NCBI GenBank assembly: GCA_963718235.1
Contig: CAVQYR010000002.1
Location: 544,001-608,000 of the forward strand
DNA from: an uncultured Actinomycetota bacterium
GTDB taxonomy: Bacteria > Actinomycetota > Actinomycetes > JAHEKZ01
Length of the DNA stretch: 64,000 nt
Direction of reading: 5' to 3'
In this document: piece after piece, positions 36,629 through 46,919 of the stretch
How the letters are laid out: each line of letters opens with the position of its first letter
Position numbering within the stretch: position 1 is the stretch's first letter
Position numbers and translations under genes: made by a program
The notes under the pieces: model-generated
Databases searched by the model: none
What the model saw: only the letters and a program-made list of their open reading frames with translations
Told to the model about the DNA's origin: nothing

Positions 36629-37732
36629 ATGCCTCGTGCGCGTGACATCGGACTCGCCATCGGCCCACTTCCCGTGGGGCCCACCAACTCCTTGCTCGAC
36701 GTCCCCGGGGTCGGGGTCGGGCACTCCACCGTGGTGCGTGACGAACCGGACCCACCGGCGGGGCGCGGGGTGGCCCGCACGGGCGTCACCGTCGTCGACC
36801 CGGGCGGGGAGACCTTTGTCCGGCCCGTTCCGTTCGGGTCGGCCGTCCTGAACGGGGCCGGTGAGGTCACCGGTCTGCTGGGAGGACGCGAGTGGGGGCT
36901 GCTCGAGACCCCGGTCTTCCTCACGTCGACCATGCAGCTGGGCCGGGTGTACGACGCCGCGTGCGGGCTGATGATCGAGGAGAACCCGCTGGTCGGAGCC
37001 GACGAGGTGGTGATCCCCGTCGTGGGGGAGTGCGACGACTCCTTCCTCAACGACGCTCGCCGGATGCAGGTCACGGTCGACGACGTGCGTGCGGCGCTCG
37101 AGGCCGCCCGAGCGAGCGTTGGGGCCGCCCAGCCACCCGCCGAGGGAGCCGTGGGTTCTGGAACCGGCATGCAGTGCCTGGGCTGGAAGGGCGGGATCGG
37201 CACGTCGTCACGGGTGCTGCCCTCCGGGCACACCCTCGGGGTGCTGCTCATGTCCAACTTCGGTGAGGCCGAGCGGCTCACCGTCGACGGCGTGCGGGTG
37301 GGCGACCACCTGCGCCCCGAGGCCGCCGACGGGGTGGCCATCGACCCCGGCCCCAAGGGGTCGTGCATCGTGGTGGTCGGCACCGACGCACCGGTCGACT
37401 CCTCGACCTGCGACCGGCTGGCCCGTCGGGCGGGCCTCGGGCTCGCCCGCACCGGCTCGACGGCCCATCACGGCTCCGGTGAGATATTCGTCGCGTTCGG
37501 AACCGGTCAGCGGACCCGGCGCGGTGGGTCACCCGCTGTCCCCCCGGTCCGCGGCAGCGCCCTCGACGACTTCTTCGCCGCCGTCGTCGACGCCACCGAG
37601 GAGGCCGTGCTCAACTCGATGCTCCAGGCGCGCACGACAAAGGGGCGTTCCGGGAACACCCTGCACGCGCTCCCGGTCAGTGACCTGACGACGCTGCTGA
37701 CTCGGTACGGTCGGCTCGCCCGCTCGACGTGA
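36629..37732 (+). CDS. P1 family peptidase (DmpA-type D-/beta-aminopeptidase)
   Basis: RARDIG, TGVT, PVVGECDDS, HG/SGE autocleavage site and TEEAVLNS. Confidence 0.9.
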   Translation: MPRARDIGLAIGPLPVGPTNSLLDVPGVGVGHSTVVRDEPDPPAGRGVARTGVTVVDPGGETFVRPVPFGSAVLNGAGEVTGLLGGREWGLLETPVFLTSTMQLGRVYDAACGLMIEENPLVGADEVVIPVVGECDDSFLNDARRMQVTVDDVRAALEAARASVGAAQPPAEGAVGSGTGMQCLGWKGGIGTSSRVLPSGHTLGVLLMSNFGEAERLTVDGVRVGDHLRPEAADGVAIDPGPKGSCIVVVGTDAPVDSSTCDRLARRAGLGLARTGSTAHHGSGEIFVAFGTGQRTRRGGSPAVPPVRGSALDDFFAAVVDATEEAVLNSMLQARTTKGRSGNTLHALPVSDLTTLLTRYGRLARST

Positions 37733-38735
37733 GCCAGCAGGCGCACCTGTGCTCGCTGATCGCGGGAAGGACCGGCAGGTCTGCCGCGGCGCAGTGGTCG
37801 GCCACCCCTGCCGCGGCTGCCGAACCGTCGGCCAGCGACTGGCAGCGCGGGTGGAACCGGCACCCGGTCGGGATCCTGGTCGGGTCCGGCGGCTCTCCGG
37901 TGAGCACGATCGGTTCGCGGTGCTCGATCTCGGGGACGACCGAGAGCAGCGCCTGGGTGTAGGGGTGCTGCGGGTTGGCCAGGACCTCCTCGGTGGGACC
38001 TTGCTCGACGACCCGGCCGAGGTACATCACGACGATCCGGTCGGCGATGTTCCACGCCAGCCCGAAGTCGTGGGTCACGACCAGCACCGTCAGGCCGAGC
38101 TCCTGACGCAAGCGAAGGAGCAGGGCGAGGATCTCGCCACGCACCGACGCGTCCAGCGACGACACCGGCTCGTCGGCGACCAGGACCTGAGGTTCCAGGG
38201 CGAGGGCACCGGCGATGACCACCCGCTGACGCTGTCCTCCTGATAGCTCGTGGGGGTAGCGCAGGAAGAACCGCTCGGGGGGACGCAGCCCGGCCTCGGA
38301 GAGGGCGTTGCGCACCTGCCCGAGCTCATCGGGCATCTTGTGCACCCGCGGTCCTTCGGCGACCGCCTCGTACACCGAGTGCCGAGGGTTGAGTGAGCCG
38401 GAGGGGTCCTGCAGGATCAGCTGCACCTTGCGCCGGTAGGCCTTGAGGTCCTTGGCCCGGTACGACAGGGGAACGCCGTTGTGCAGCACCTCTCCGGCCG
38501 CCGGGCGCTCCAACCCGAGGATGCTGCGGGCCAGGGTGGTCTTGCCGCAGCCGGACTCACCGACGATCGCGACGATCTCGCCCTTGGCCACGGAGAAGTT
38601 CACCCCGTCCAAGGCTCGCGCCTGACCGCCGCCCCGGGCCCGGAAGACCACCTCGAGGTCACGGACCTCGATCACCGGCTGGCTCGAGGCCTCACCCACG
38701 GGTTCACTCACTGGGTCACTTACTGGGTCACTCAC
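37677..38735 (-). CDS. Oligopeptide ABC ATP-binding protein (OppF/DppF)
   Basis: GESGCGKTT, LSGGQRQR, HPYTQAL and GCRFHPRC. Confidence 0.93.
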   Translation of the reverse strand: MSDPVSDPVSEPVGEASSQPVIEVRDLEVVFRARGGGQARALDGVNFSVAKGEIVAIVGESGCGKTTLARSILGLERPAAGEVLHNGVPLSYRAKDLKAYRRKVQLILQDPSGSLNPRHSVYEAVAEGPRVHKMPDELGQVRNALSEAGLRPPERFFLRYPHELSGGQRQRVVIAGALALEPQVLVADEPVSSLDASVRGEILALLLRLRQELGLTVLVVTHDFGLAWNIADRIVVMYLGRVVEQGPTEEVLANPQHPYTQALLSVVPEIEHREPIVLTGEPPDPTRIPTGCRFHPRCQSLADGSAAAAGVADHCAAADLPVLPAISEHRCACWLTSSGRADRTESAASSGH

Positions 38736-38743
38736 TGGGTCAC
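38699..38743. repeat. 12-bp tandem repeat at the oppD/oppF junction (encodes VSDP-VSDP-VSEP)
   Basis: cgggttcactca ctgggtcactta ctgggtcactca ctgggtcac. Confidence 0.8.
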
Positions 38744-39706
38744 CACCGACGCCACGTGGATGCATGCGGCGAAGTGCTCGTCGGCCGCCGGGCGCAGCGG
38801 CGGCTCGGCCGCCGCGCAGGCGTCCTCGGCCTCCGGGCACCGCGGCCGGAACGGGCAACCCGACGCGAGCTCGCCTGGGAACGGCGGGTCACCGGGGAGT
38901 CCCTCGGGAGCGAACCGCGAGGTGCTGTCACCGATCGTCGGGAAGGCCGCAGACAGGGCACGGGTGTAAGGGTGCTGCGGGCGCCGGAAGACGTTGCTGC
39001 CCGGTCCGGTCTCGACCACCTTTCCGGCGTACATCACCATGACCCGGTCGCAGGTCGTGGCCAGGACCGACAGGTCGTGGCTGATGATCATCAGGGCGAG
39101 CCCGTGGTCCTTGGCGATCTCCTGAAGCAGGTCGAGGACCTGGGCCTGCACCATCACGTCGAGGGCGGTCGTCGGCTCGTCGGCGATCAGCAGCTGGGGG
39201 CGGCAGGCCAGGGCCAGGGCGATCATGATCCGCTGCTTCTGGCCGCCGGACATCTGGTGCGGGTACGCATCGGCCAGCCGACCCGGGAGGCCGACCTGCT
39301 CGATCAGCTCGACGACGCGGGCCCGCGCCGACTCCGGCGTGGCCGACTTGTCGTGCAGCAGGATCGGCTCGCTCAGCTGCTTGTTGATCCGCTGGATCGG
39401 GTTCAGCGAGTGCAGGGCTCCCTGGAACACCACCGACGCCTTGGCCCACCGGGCTGCACGCACCTGCCCCCAGTTCATGGTCAGGACGTCTTCGCCGTCC
39501 AGCAGGACCTCGCCGGTGACGGTGGCGTCCCTCGGGAACAGCCGCAGCACGGTGGAGGCGAGGGTCGACTTGCCGCACCCCGACTCACCGGCGATGCCGA
39601 GCACCTCGCCGCTGTCGAGGGTCAGGTCGACACCGCGGACGGCCGGGACCGGACCGTCCTCGGAGGCGTACGTCACGTGCACGTCGCGCATCTCCAGCAT
39701 CGGCAT
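38732..39706 (-). CDS. Oligopeptide ABC ATP-binding protein (OppD/DppD)
   Basis: GESGCGKST, YPHQMSGGQKQR and ADEPTTALD. Confidence 0.93.
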   Translation of the reverse strand: MPMLEMRDVHVTYASEDGPVPAVRGVDLTLDSGEVLGIAGESGCGKSTLASTVLRLFPRDATVTGEVLLDGEDVLTMNWGQVRAARWAKASVVFQGALHSLNPIQRINKQLSEPILLHDKSATPESARARVVELIEQVGLPGRLADAYPHQMSGGQKQRIMIALALACRPQLLIADEPTTALDVMVQAQVLDLLQEIAKDHGLALMIISHDLSVLATTCDRVMVMYAGKVVETGPGSNVFRRPQHPYTRALSAAFPTIGDSTSRFAPEGLPGDPPFPGELASGCPFRPRCPEAEDACAAAEPPLRPAADEHFAACIHVASVVTQ

Positions 39707-39707
39707 G

Positions 39708-40628
39708 TCAGCCCTCCTTCAGCCGGGGGTTCAGGACGACCTCCAGGGCGCGGCCGATCAACGTGAACGCCAGCACGATCACGATGACGGCCAGGCCGGG
39801 CGGCAGCAGGTACCACCAGGCGCCACTCGACGCAGCACCCGCCCCCACCGCCTTGTCGAGCATGGTGCCCCACGAGTCGAGGAACGCCGGACCCAGCCCC
39901 AGGAACGACAACGTCGTCTCGGACAGGATGACGATGGCCACGGTCAGCGTGGTGTTGGCCAGCACGAGCGGCATGACGTTGGGCAGCACGTGTCGGATCA
40001 TCTGCTGCCAGTCGCTGTCCCCGAGCACGCGGGCCCGCTCGAGGTACGGGCGGCCCTCGACGCTGAGCGTCTGGGCCCGGACCAGGCGGGACGTCCCCGG
40101 CCAGGAGGTCACACCCAGCACCAGGATGATGGTGAAGAGTCCGGTGTTCTCCAGCACGGCCGCCAACACGATGACGAGCGGGATGAACGGGATGACGAGG
40201 AACCAGTCGGTGAGCCGTTCCATCAGGGCCCCGAACCAGTTGCGGTAGTGGCCGCTGGCAATCCCGATCAGGGTGCCGAGCACCATCGACATGATCGACG
40301 CCGTGAGCCCGACGATCAGGGAGACCTGGGCTGCCCAGACGAGGACGGCGAGCACAGAGCGCCCGTTCTCGTCGGTGCCGAGCCAGAACTCGCTGCTCGG
40401 GGGGTCCAGGGCGGGGTTGTCCAGCGTCTGGGTGATGTCGAGCATCTCCCGCGGGAAGAGCAGTGGCGCCAACAGGGCAAGGCTGACCACGATGACCAGG
40501 AGGACGACCCCCGCAACTCCTGCCTTCTGGGCCAGGAAGGCCGACGTGAACCGTCGCAGCGAGGCGCGGCGCCTGGTCCAGGCGACGGCGCGTGCTGAGG
40601 CGATGGCTGGTGCGGTCACCTCGGTCAT
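39708..40628 (-). CDS. Oligopeptide ABC permease (OppC/DppC)
   Basis: WLGTDENGR, RHVLPN and LSFLGLG. Confidence 0.93.
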   Translation of the reverse strand: MTEVTAPAIASARAVAWTRRRASLRRFTSAFLAQKAGVAGVVLLVIVVSLALLAPLLFPREMLDITQTLDNPALDPPSSEFWLGTDENGRSVLAVLVWAAQVSLIVGLTASIMSMVLGTLIGIASGHYRNWFGALMERLTDWFLVIPFIPLVIVLAAVLENTGLFTIILVLGVTSWPGTSRLVRAQTLSVEGRPYLERARVLGDSDWQQMIRHVLPNVMPLVLANTTLTVAIVILSETTLSFLGLGPAFLDSWGTMLDKAVGAGAASSGAWWYLLPPGLAVIVIVLAFTLIGRALEVVLNPRLKEG

Positions 40629-41677
40629 CGGCTGATCCTCGGGTCGATCACGGCGATCACGATGTCGGCCACCATGTTGAAGAACAGGACCGAGAGCGAG
40701 AAGACCAGGAACAGCGCCTGCATGACGGCGAAGTCCTTGTCCTCGATCGCCTCGAAGGTCAGCAGGCCGAGGCCAGGGTAGGAGAAGACGGTCTCGACCG
40801 TGATCGCCCCTCCGATGATGAACCCGATGTTGAGGAAGATGAGTGTGATCGTCGGCAGCGACGCGTTCGGAACGGCGTGCCGTCGTCGGACCAGCCGGTC
40901 CATCAGGCCCTTTGCCCTGGCCGTGTTCAGGTAGTCCTGGCCGAGCTCGTCGACCATCGACGCACGCATGATGAGGGAGTACTCCGCGAGGTACACGATC
41001 GCCAGCGCCGTCGCAGGCAGCACGGTGTGGTACGCGATGTTCACGACACCCTCGAGGGACATCGCGTCGATCCCGGAGTCCTTGAACCCCCCGCTGGGGA
41101 AGATGCCGGGGAAGGGGCCGATCCCGGTGGAGAACAGCAGGATCAGGAGCAGCCCGAGCCAGAACTCAGGCGTCGCGTAGAAGAACAACGTGACCCCCGT
41201 GGAGGTCTTGTCGAAGCGGCTGCCCCGGTTCCAGCCGGCCCGGATCCCGATCCACACCCCGACCGCCGTCGCGACCAGGGTCGACGCACCGATCAGGATC
41301 AGGGTCGGCCACATCCGCCCCCCGATCAGCTCCCACACCGGTCGGCCGAACCCGGTCGAGATGGCGTCCAGGCCGAACGGGTCCTTCAGGTAGCCCCAGA
41401 ACTGCTGCGGCAGAGGGGCGGTCAGCTCGGCCCGGATCTGGGCGAGCTCCTCCGAGGAGATCCCCCGCACCCCGCGGTACTGGGCGGCCGGGTCGCCGGG
41501 CAGCATCCGGAAGAGGAAGAAGTTGAACACGAAGACGAAGACCATCGTCCCCGCTGCCGCTGCGAGTCTGCGCGCGGTGAACCGAGCCAGGCCGCCACTG
41601 GCCGTGCTGCGCCGAGACGTCTTCGCGCCGGTCGGAGCCGCCCCGGCCCCGGTGACCGCGCTCCCGTCGACCACCAA
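40625..41677 (-). CDS. Oligopeptide ABC permease (OppB/DppB)
   Basis: LPGDPA, TARAKGL and ETVFSYPGLG. Confidence 0.93.
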   Translation of the reverse strand: MVVDGSAVTGAGAAPTGAKTSRRSTASGGLARFTARRLAAAAGTMVFVFVFNFFLFRMLPGDPAAQYRGVRGISSEELAQIRAELTAPLPQQFWGYLKDPFGLDAISTGFGRPVWELIGGRMWPTLILIGASTLVATAVGVWIGIRAGWNRGSRFDKTSTGVTLFFYATPEFWLGLLLILLFSTGIGPFPGIFPSGGFKDSGIDAMSLEGVVNIAYHTVLPATALAIVYLAEYSLIMRASMVDELGQDYLNTARAKGLMDRLVRRRHAVPNASLPTITLIFLNIGFIIGGAITVETVFSYPGLGLLTFEAIEDKDFAVMQALFLVFSLSVLFFNMVADIVIAVIDPRISR

Positions 41678-41680
41678 CCG

Positions 41681-43531
41681 CTACTCCACGTCTGCGTCGT
41701 TGGACCGGCGCGACCGGGTACCCAGCCACACGACCACGCCGACCAGCAGGGCTGCCGCGGCTGCCCCACCCACGATCAGGCCGATGTTCGTGGCGTTTCC
41801 GGAGCTGGCGCCCTCTTCGGTGACCGGGGTGATGTTGCGGTAGGAGAAGGTGCCGTACTGGAACAGGATCGCCCCGTCGGGGTCCGGCTGCGGGACGAAG
41901 CCGGTGAACCGGTCGGTGCGGTAGGCCTGCAGGTAGTCGTAGTACTGGGTCACGATGTAGGCGTTCGCGTCGTAGACCATCTGCTGCATCTTCTTGACGA
42001 TCTCGGTGCGAGCCTCGGGGTCGATCTCGGTTGCCTGCTGCTCGTACAGCTCGTCGTACTGCTTGTTGCAGTAGAAGCTGTCGTTGAGCCCGGCGTAGAC
42101 GACGCCGTCGGTCCACTCGTAGTTGCGCTGCCCGCAGGTGAAGGTCGACAGCTGGTAGTCGGGGTCGGGCTCGACCACCCAGCCCCACTCGTACATGTCG
42201 AAGGTTCCCTCACCGGCGATCTCGTACAGCCGGCTCTCCGACACGGTGTCGACGTCGGAGTCGATCCCGATGTCCTTCAGCCACCCCTGCAGGAACTGGA
42301 TGGTGGTCTTGGAGGTCTCGGAGTTCGACCGCGCGTACAGCTGGTAGACGAGCGGGTCGGAGCCGTCGGGCATCGTGCGGATCCCGTCGGGGCCCTTGGT
42401 GTAGCCGGCGTCGTCGAGGATCTGGTTGGCCCTCGCCGGGTCGTAGGTGACCGGCTCGGACGGCTCGTAGTGATCCGGGTACAGCGGGGGGATGACGGAG
42501 GTTCCCGGTGCCCCTCGCCCGTCGAGGGTTCGTTGGACCAGGGCGTCCTTGTCGACGGCGTAGTGGATCGCCAGCCGCACCTGCGGGTCCTTCAGCGAGG
42601 GGTGGCCGTCGCCGATCGGGGTGCCGTCGGTCAGGGCAGCCCCACCGTTCATGGTCAGGTAGTTGAAGCCGTAGTACACCGACTCGCGGGCCTCGATGTT
42701 GTCGGCGCCCTCCAGGGAGGCGAACACGTTGGGCTCGAGGTCGTCGGCGAAGTCGATCTCGCCGTTCTTGAGTGCCTGCACCATCGCGTCGGCGTTGCGG
42801 TAGAGGCGGAACTCCACGCCGTCGATGTTTGCCGGACCGCCCCAGTAGCCGTCGTTGCGGGTGAAGGTCCAGTACTGCCCCTCGCTCGCCTCGGACAGCA
42901 CGAACGGTCCGCTGCCCACCCCGCCTTGCGGGTCGGAGCCCGGCTCGTTGGTGTACTTGCGGATCTCGTCGTCGTCGATCTGCTTCCAGATGTGCTCGGG
43001 CACGATCGGGACGGCCAGTCGCTCCATGATCGGCGTGGGCTTCTTCAGCGTCATGACCACCGTGGAGTCGTCGGTGGCCTCGACGGTCTTGATCTGGGCG
43101 ACGTAGCTGCCGTAGTTGGTCTTCTCGATCTTTCCGTCGAGCACCCGGTTGAAGCTGTAGGCGACGTCGTCAGCAGTCAGCGGCTCCCCATCGCTGAAGG
43201 TCACTCCCTGTCGGATCTGGTAGGTCCAGGTCAGACCGTCGGCCGAGTTCTCCCACGACTCGGCCAGCCGTGGCTCGGGTGCGAAGTCGGTGGCGCTGTA
43301 GCCAGTGAGGGTGTCGTACATCAACCCCCACATCTCGTAGGCGGCCGCCGTGATGCCCTTGTAGGGGTTCAGCGAGTCGACGTCCTGGAGCACCCCGACC
43401 CTGAACACCGTGTCCCCCGAGCTGGGCGTCGCGCTGGGGGACGGCGTGTCCTCGGCGGCGGCGATGCCGACCGGCAGCCCCAGGGCCACCATCAGGGCCA
43501 GCGTGCCGGCGGTAAGTCGTGACTTCACCAT
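41681..43531 (-). CDS. Oligopeptide ABC substrate-binding protein (family 5) with C-terminal TM anchor
   Basis: Signal peptide, DSLNP, LAESW, FSDGEPLTADDV, GSGPF, and a C-terminal hydrophobic helix with basic tail. Confidence 0.92.
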   Translation of the reverse strand: MVKSRLTAGTLALMVALGLPVGIAAAEDTPSPSATPSSGDTVFRVGVLQDVDSLNPYKGITAAAYEMWGLMYDTLTGYSATDFAPEPRLAESWENSADGLTWTYQIRQGVTFSDGEPLTADDVAYSFNRVLDGKIEKTNYGSYVAQIKTVEATDDSTVVMTLKKPTPIMERLAVPIVPEHIWKQIDDDEIRKYTNEPGSDPQGGVGSGPFVLSEASEGQYWTFTRNDGYWGGPANIDGVEFRLYRNADAMVQALKNGEIDFADDLEPNVFASLEGADNIEARESVYYGFNYLTMNGGAALTDGTPIGDGHPSLKDPQVRLAIHYAVDKDALVQRTLDGRGAPGTSVIPPLYPDHYEPSEPVTYDPARANQILDDAGYTKGPDGIRTMPDGSDPLVYQLYARSNSETSKTTIQFLQGWLKDIGIDSDVDTVSESRLYEIAGEGTFDMYEWGWVVEPDPDYQLSTFTCGQRNYEWTDGVVYAGLNDSFYCNKQYDELYEQQATEIDPEARTEIVKKMQQMVYDANAYIVTQYYDYLQAYRTDRFTGFVPQPDPDGAILFQYGTFSYRNITPVTEEGASSGNATNIGLIVGGAAAAALLVGVVVWLGTRSRRSNDADVE

Positions 43532-43683
43532 CTGTGTGTCGCTCCCGATCAGGTCTACGGGCCAGGGTTGCCGAACTTCTGCCGCCGTGCACGTCAGCCA
43601 CCGCGGCGTCCGGTATGGACAGTCTGGGGGTGGACGCGCGGCCTGTGAGCAGCAACCTAGTGAGGTCCTGTGTCGCAGTTCAG

Positions 43684-43699
43684 GGATTGGTGCCAATCC
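43684..43699. promoter_or_regulatory. Palindrome GGATTGG-tg-CCAATCC between divergent oppA and ptrB, candidate operator
   Basis: Perfect 7-bp arms ending 14 nt upstream of the ptrB ATG. Confidence 0.5.
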
Positions 43700-43713
43700 G
43701 TTACCGTCGCCGC

Positions 43714-45811
43714 ATGGTCACCACCCCCTCGAGCCCCCCGCCGCGCGCACCGCGGCATCCGCACGTCCACCGGGCCCACGGGCTTGAGCGCGACGACCCG
43801 TATGCGTGGCTTCGGGACAAGACGTCGTCGGAGTCGCTGGCCTTCCTGGAGCAGGAGCGGGCGTACTACGACGAGGCGGTCCGCCCGCTGGTCCCGCTGC
43901 GCGACCGCCTGCTGGCCGAGATGACCGCTCGCGTGGCTCCCGACGACGAGTCGGCACGTTGGCGTGAGGGCGGGTTCTGGTACTTCACGAGCACCGTCCC
44001 GGGGATGGAGTACCGGCAGCTGCGTCGCACGCCGGCCGACGACCCACACGGGGACGGGGTCGTCCTGCTCGACGAGAACGCGCTGGCCGCGGGGCACGAC
44101 TTCGTCGAGCTGGGCGTCCGACTCGTCAGTCCGGACGGGCGGCTCCTGGCGTACTCCTTCGACCACGACGGGGACGAGGTCTACGACCTGCGCTTCCGTG
44201 ACCTGGGGACCGGCGAGGACCTCCCCGACCTGGTGACCCACACGTACTACACCGGTGCCTGGAGCGCCGACGCCACGGACTTCTTCTACACCGTCAACGA
44301 TGCCCTGTACCGCCCCTACCAGGTCTGGCGGCACTCGCTCGGCACGCCGTCGACGAGCGACGTCCTGGTGTTCGAGGAGCCCGACGAGCAGTTCGAGGTC
44401 ACCGTCGAGGCGACCCGGTCCGGTGAGTGGGTCGTGGTGACCTCGATGAGCCGCAACACCAGCGAGGTGTGGCTGGTCAACGCCTCCTCGCCCGCGACGG
44501 CCCCACGAGTGGTCGAGCCCCGTCGCCGGGGCGTGGAGTACTCGGTGGCACACGTACCAGGCGGGGCGCCCGGTGGGGACCTCCTCATCACGACCAACGA
44601 CGACGCGGTCGAGTTCCGGCTGATGAGGGCGCCGGCGACCGACCCTGGGCGTGGCCACTGGCGCGAGATCGTCGCGGAGCGGGCCGACGAGCGGATCCAC
44701 GGTGTCGACGTGTTCGCCCACCACGCCGTGCTGAGCCTGGTCCGCGACGCCCAGCAGGTCCTGCGCATCGTGGAGCTCGCCGAGCTCGACGACGTGCTGC
44801 CGTCCGGCGCGGGGCTCGACATCACCTCGGGCGTGACCGCGGGACTGCTCACGCTGGGCCCCAACGAGGAGGCCGACGTCGACGCGGTCCTGGTCGAGGT
44901 GGAGTCCGACGTCGAGCCGCGGTCGTGGTACTCGGTGTCCTTGGCCACCGGAGAACGCACCCTAGCCAAGCGGGTCGAGGTGCCGACGTACGACCCCAGC
45001 CGCTACCTGGTCGACCGGATCGAGGTCACGGCACGCGACGGGGTGAGCATCCCGGTCACGGTGGTGCGGCGTGACGACACCCCGCTCGACGGTTCGGCGC
45101 CGGCCCTGCTGTACGGGTACGGGGCGTACGAGAGTGCGTGGTGGCCGGGCTTCGAGCCGGCGCTGGCCAGTCTGCTGGATGCCGGCATGGTGTACGTCCA
45201 CGCCCACATCCGCGGTGGTGGTGAACGGGGCCGACGCTGGTGGCTCGAAGGCTGCCTGTCGGCCAAGGTGCACACCTTCGACGACTTCGTCGACGTCGCG
45301 GACGCCCTGGACGCCGACGGGATCGTCGACGGCACCCGGATCGTCTCCCGCGGGCTCAGCGCCGGGGGGCTCCTCCAGGGCGCGGTCTTCTCGACGCGTC
45401 CGGACCGTTGGCGGGCCGGTGGTCGCCGAGGTTCCCTTCGTCGACGTCGTCACCACCATGTTCGACGCCGACCTCCCCCTGACCGCCGCTGAGTGGGACG
45501 AGTGGGGCGATCCTCGCAAGCCGGAGGAGTTCGCCTGGCTCATGGCGTACTCGCCGTACGACAACGTCCCCGAGGGGGACCGTCCGGCACTGCTGGTGAC
45601 CGGCGCCCTGAACGACCCGCGGGTGTCGGTGCACGAGCCGGCCAAGTGGGTGGCCAAGCTGCGGGCGACCGACGACGGCACCAACGGCCTGCTGCTGTTC
45701 CGGGTCGAGACCGGCGAGGGTGGGCACACCGGGCCCCAGGGTCGCTACGCTGCGTTGGCCTACGAGGCCGAGGTGGCTGCCTACATCCTCGACGCGGTGG
45801 GGCTCGGGTAG
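43714..45811 (+). CDS. ptrB: Oligopeptidase B (S9A); +1 frameshift near 45417
   Basis: DPYAWLRD, YGYGAYE, HIRGGGE and GLSAGGLL, then in the +1 frame VAEVPFVD, EWDEWGDP, DPRV and GGH. Confidence 0.92.
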
Positions 45812-45846
45812 CGCCGCCGGGGACACTCACCCGCTGCCGCAGGTCA

Positions 45847-45896
45847 CTGTGCATGATGACCAGCGCTAGTGGGTGGACTCTGGACGATCTGTACAG
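45847..45896. promoter_or_regulatory. Pair of imperfect inverted boxes upstream of phhA (Lrp/AsnC-like sites, inferred)
   Basis: ctgtgcatgatgaccag (45847-63) versus the reverse complement of ctggacgatctgtacag (45880-96), 11/17 identical. Confidence 0.3.
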
Positions 45897-45955
45897 CCTG
45901 CGCGCCGAGTCACTCGTGTCTTGCCTCAGCCCGCCGTCAGTGCTGCCCTTCCCCC

Positions 45956-46876
45956 ATGTTCGAAGAGGGCCAGCTGTACGCGCCGGTCACCGTGGGGGAC
46001 GACGGCGTCACCGTCCACCTGGCCGACGACCACCCGGGGTTCAGCGACGTCACCTACCGGCAGCGACGCAACGCGATCGCCTCGGCGGCGCTGGACTGGC
46101 AGCCGGGTGAGCCGGCGCCGACGATCGCCTACACCGACGAGGAGCACCGCGTCTGGGCCCTCGTCGCCGCCGAGCTGGCGGCCAAGCACCAAAGGCTCGC
46201 GCCCGACGAGGTCGTCGAGGCCGGTCTGAGGCTCGGGCTCCCGGTCGACCACGTGCCTCAGCTCACCGAGGTCACCGCACTGCTGTCGGCGCACAGCGGC
46301 TTCCGGTACCAGCCCGCGGCCGGGCTGGTCCCCCTGCGGGAGTTCTACGGCTCGCTGTCCGACCGGGTCTTCTGGTCCACCCAGTACCTGCGCCACCCGT
46401 CGCAGCCGCTCTACACCCCTGAGCCCGATGTCGTGCACGAGGTGATCGGGCACGCGACCACGCTCGCCAGCCCCCGGCTCGCCGCCCTGTACGTCGCGGC
46501 GGGGCAGGCCGCGCGTCGGGTCGAGTCGCCGGCGGCACTGGAGTTCGTCAGCAAGGTCTTCTGGTTCAGCCTGGAGTTCGGCGTGCTGCGCGAGCACGGT
46601 GCGCCCAAGGCGTACGGCGCGGGCCTTCTGTCCAGCTACGGCGAGATCGAGGAGTTCGTGACGGCCGACCTGCGCCCGCTCGACATCGCCGCGATGGGCG
46701 TGCAGACCTACGACATCACCCACTACCAGCCGCTGCTTTTCTGCGGTGACTCCCTCGACCACGTCGAGGACGTCGTGGGTGGCTTCTTCACCACGGTCGA
46801 CGACGATCGGGTGGCAGCCCTCACCGGCCAGGTGGCGGGTCCGCTCAGTGGTCCCCTGGCGGCGCGTCGCAGCTGA
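45956..46876 (+). CDS. phhA: Phenylalanine 4-monooxygenase
   Basis: DHPGFSD, YTPEPDVVHEVIGH iron ligands, FWFSLEFG, AYGAGLLSSYGE and YDITHYQP. Confidence 0.93.
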   Translation: MFEEGQLYAPVTVGDDGVTVHLADDHPGFSDVTYRQRRNAIASAALDWQPGEPAPTIAYTDEEHRVWALVAAELAAKHQRLAPDEVVEAGLRLGLPVDHVPQLTEVTALLSAHSGFRYQPAAGLVPLREFYGSLSDRVFWSTQYLRHPSQPLYTPEPDVVHEVIGHATTLASPRLAALYVAAGQAARRVESPAALEFVSKVFWFSLEFGVLREHGAPKAYGAGLLSSYGEIEEFVTADLRPLDIAAMGVQTYDITHYQPLLFCGDSLDHVEDVVGGFFTTVDDDRVAALTGQVAGPLSGPLAARRS

Positions 46877-46919
46877 TGCGGCAGACTCGCCGTGAGCGCA
46901 CGCCCACGGAGGAACTGCC

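Noticed and set aside
40592-43522. Very long antisense ORFs (40592-43522; also 30678-32984, 33597-35672, 8700-10694, 6820-8604)
   Set aside because: These are shadow frames of high-GC genes with recognisable products on the opposite strand, and they carry no motifs of their own.
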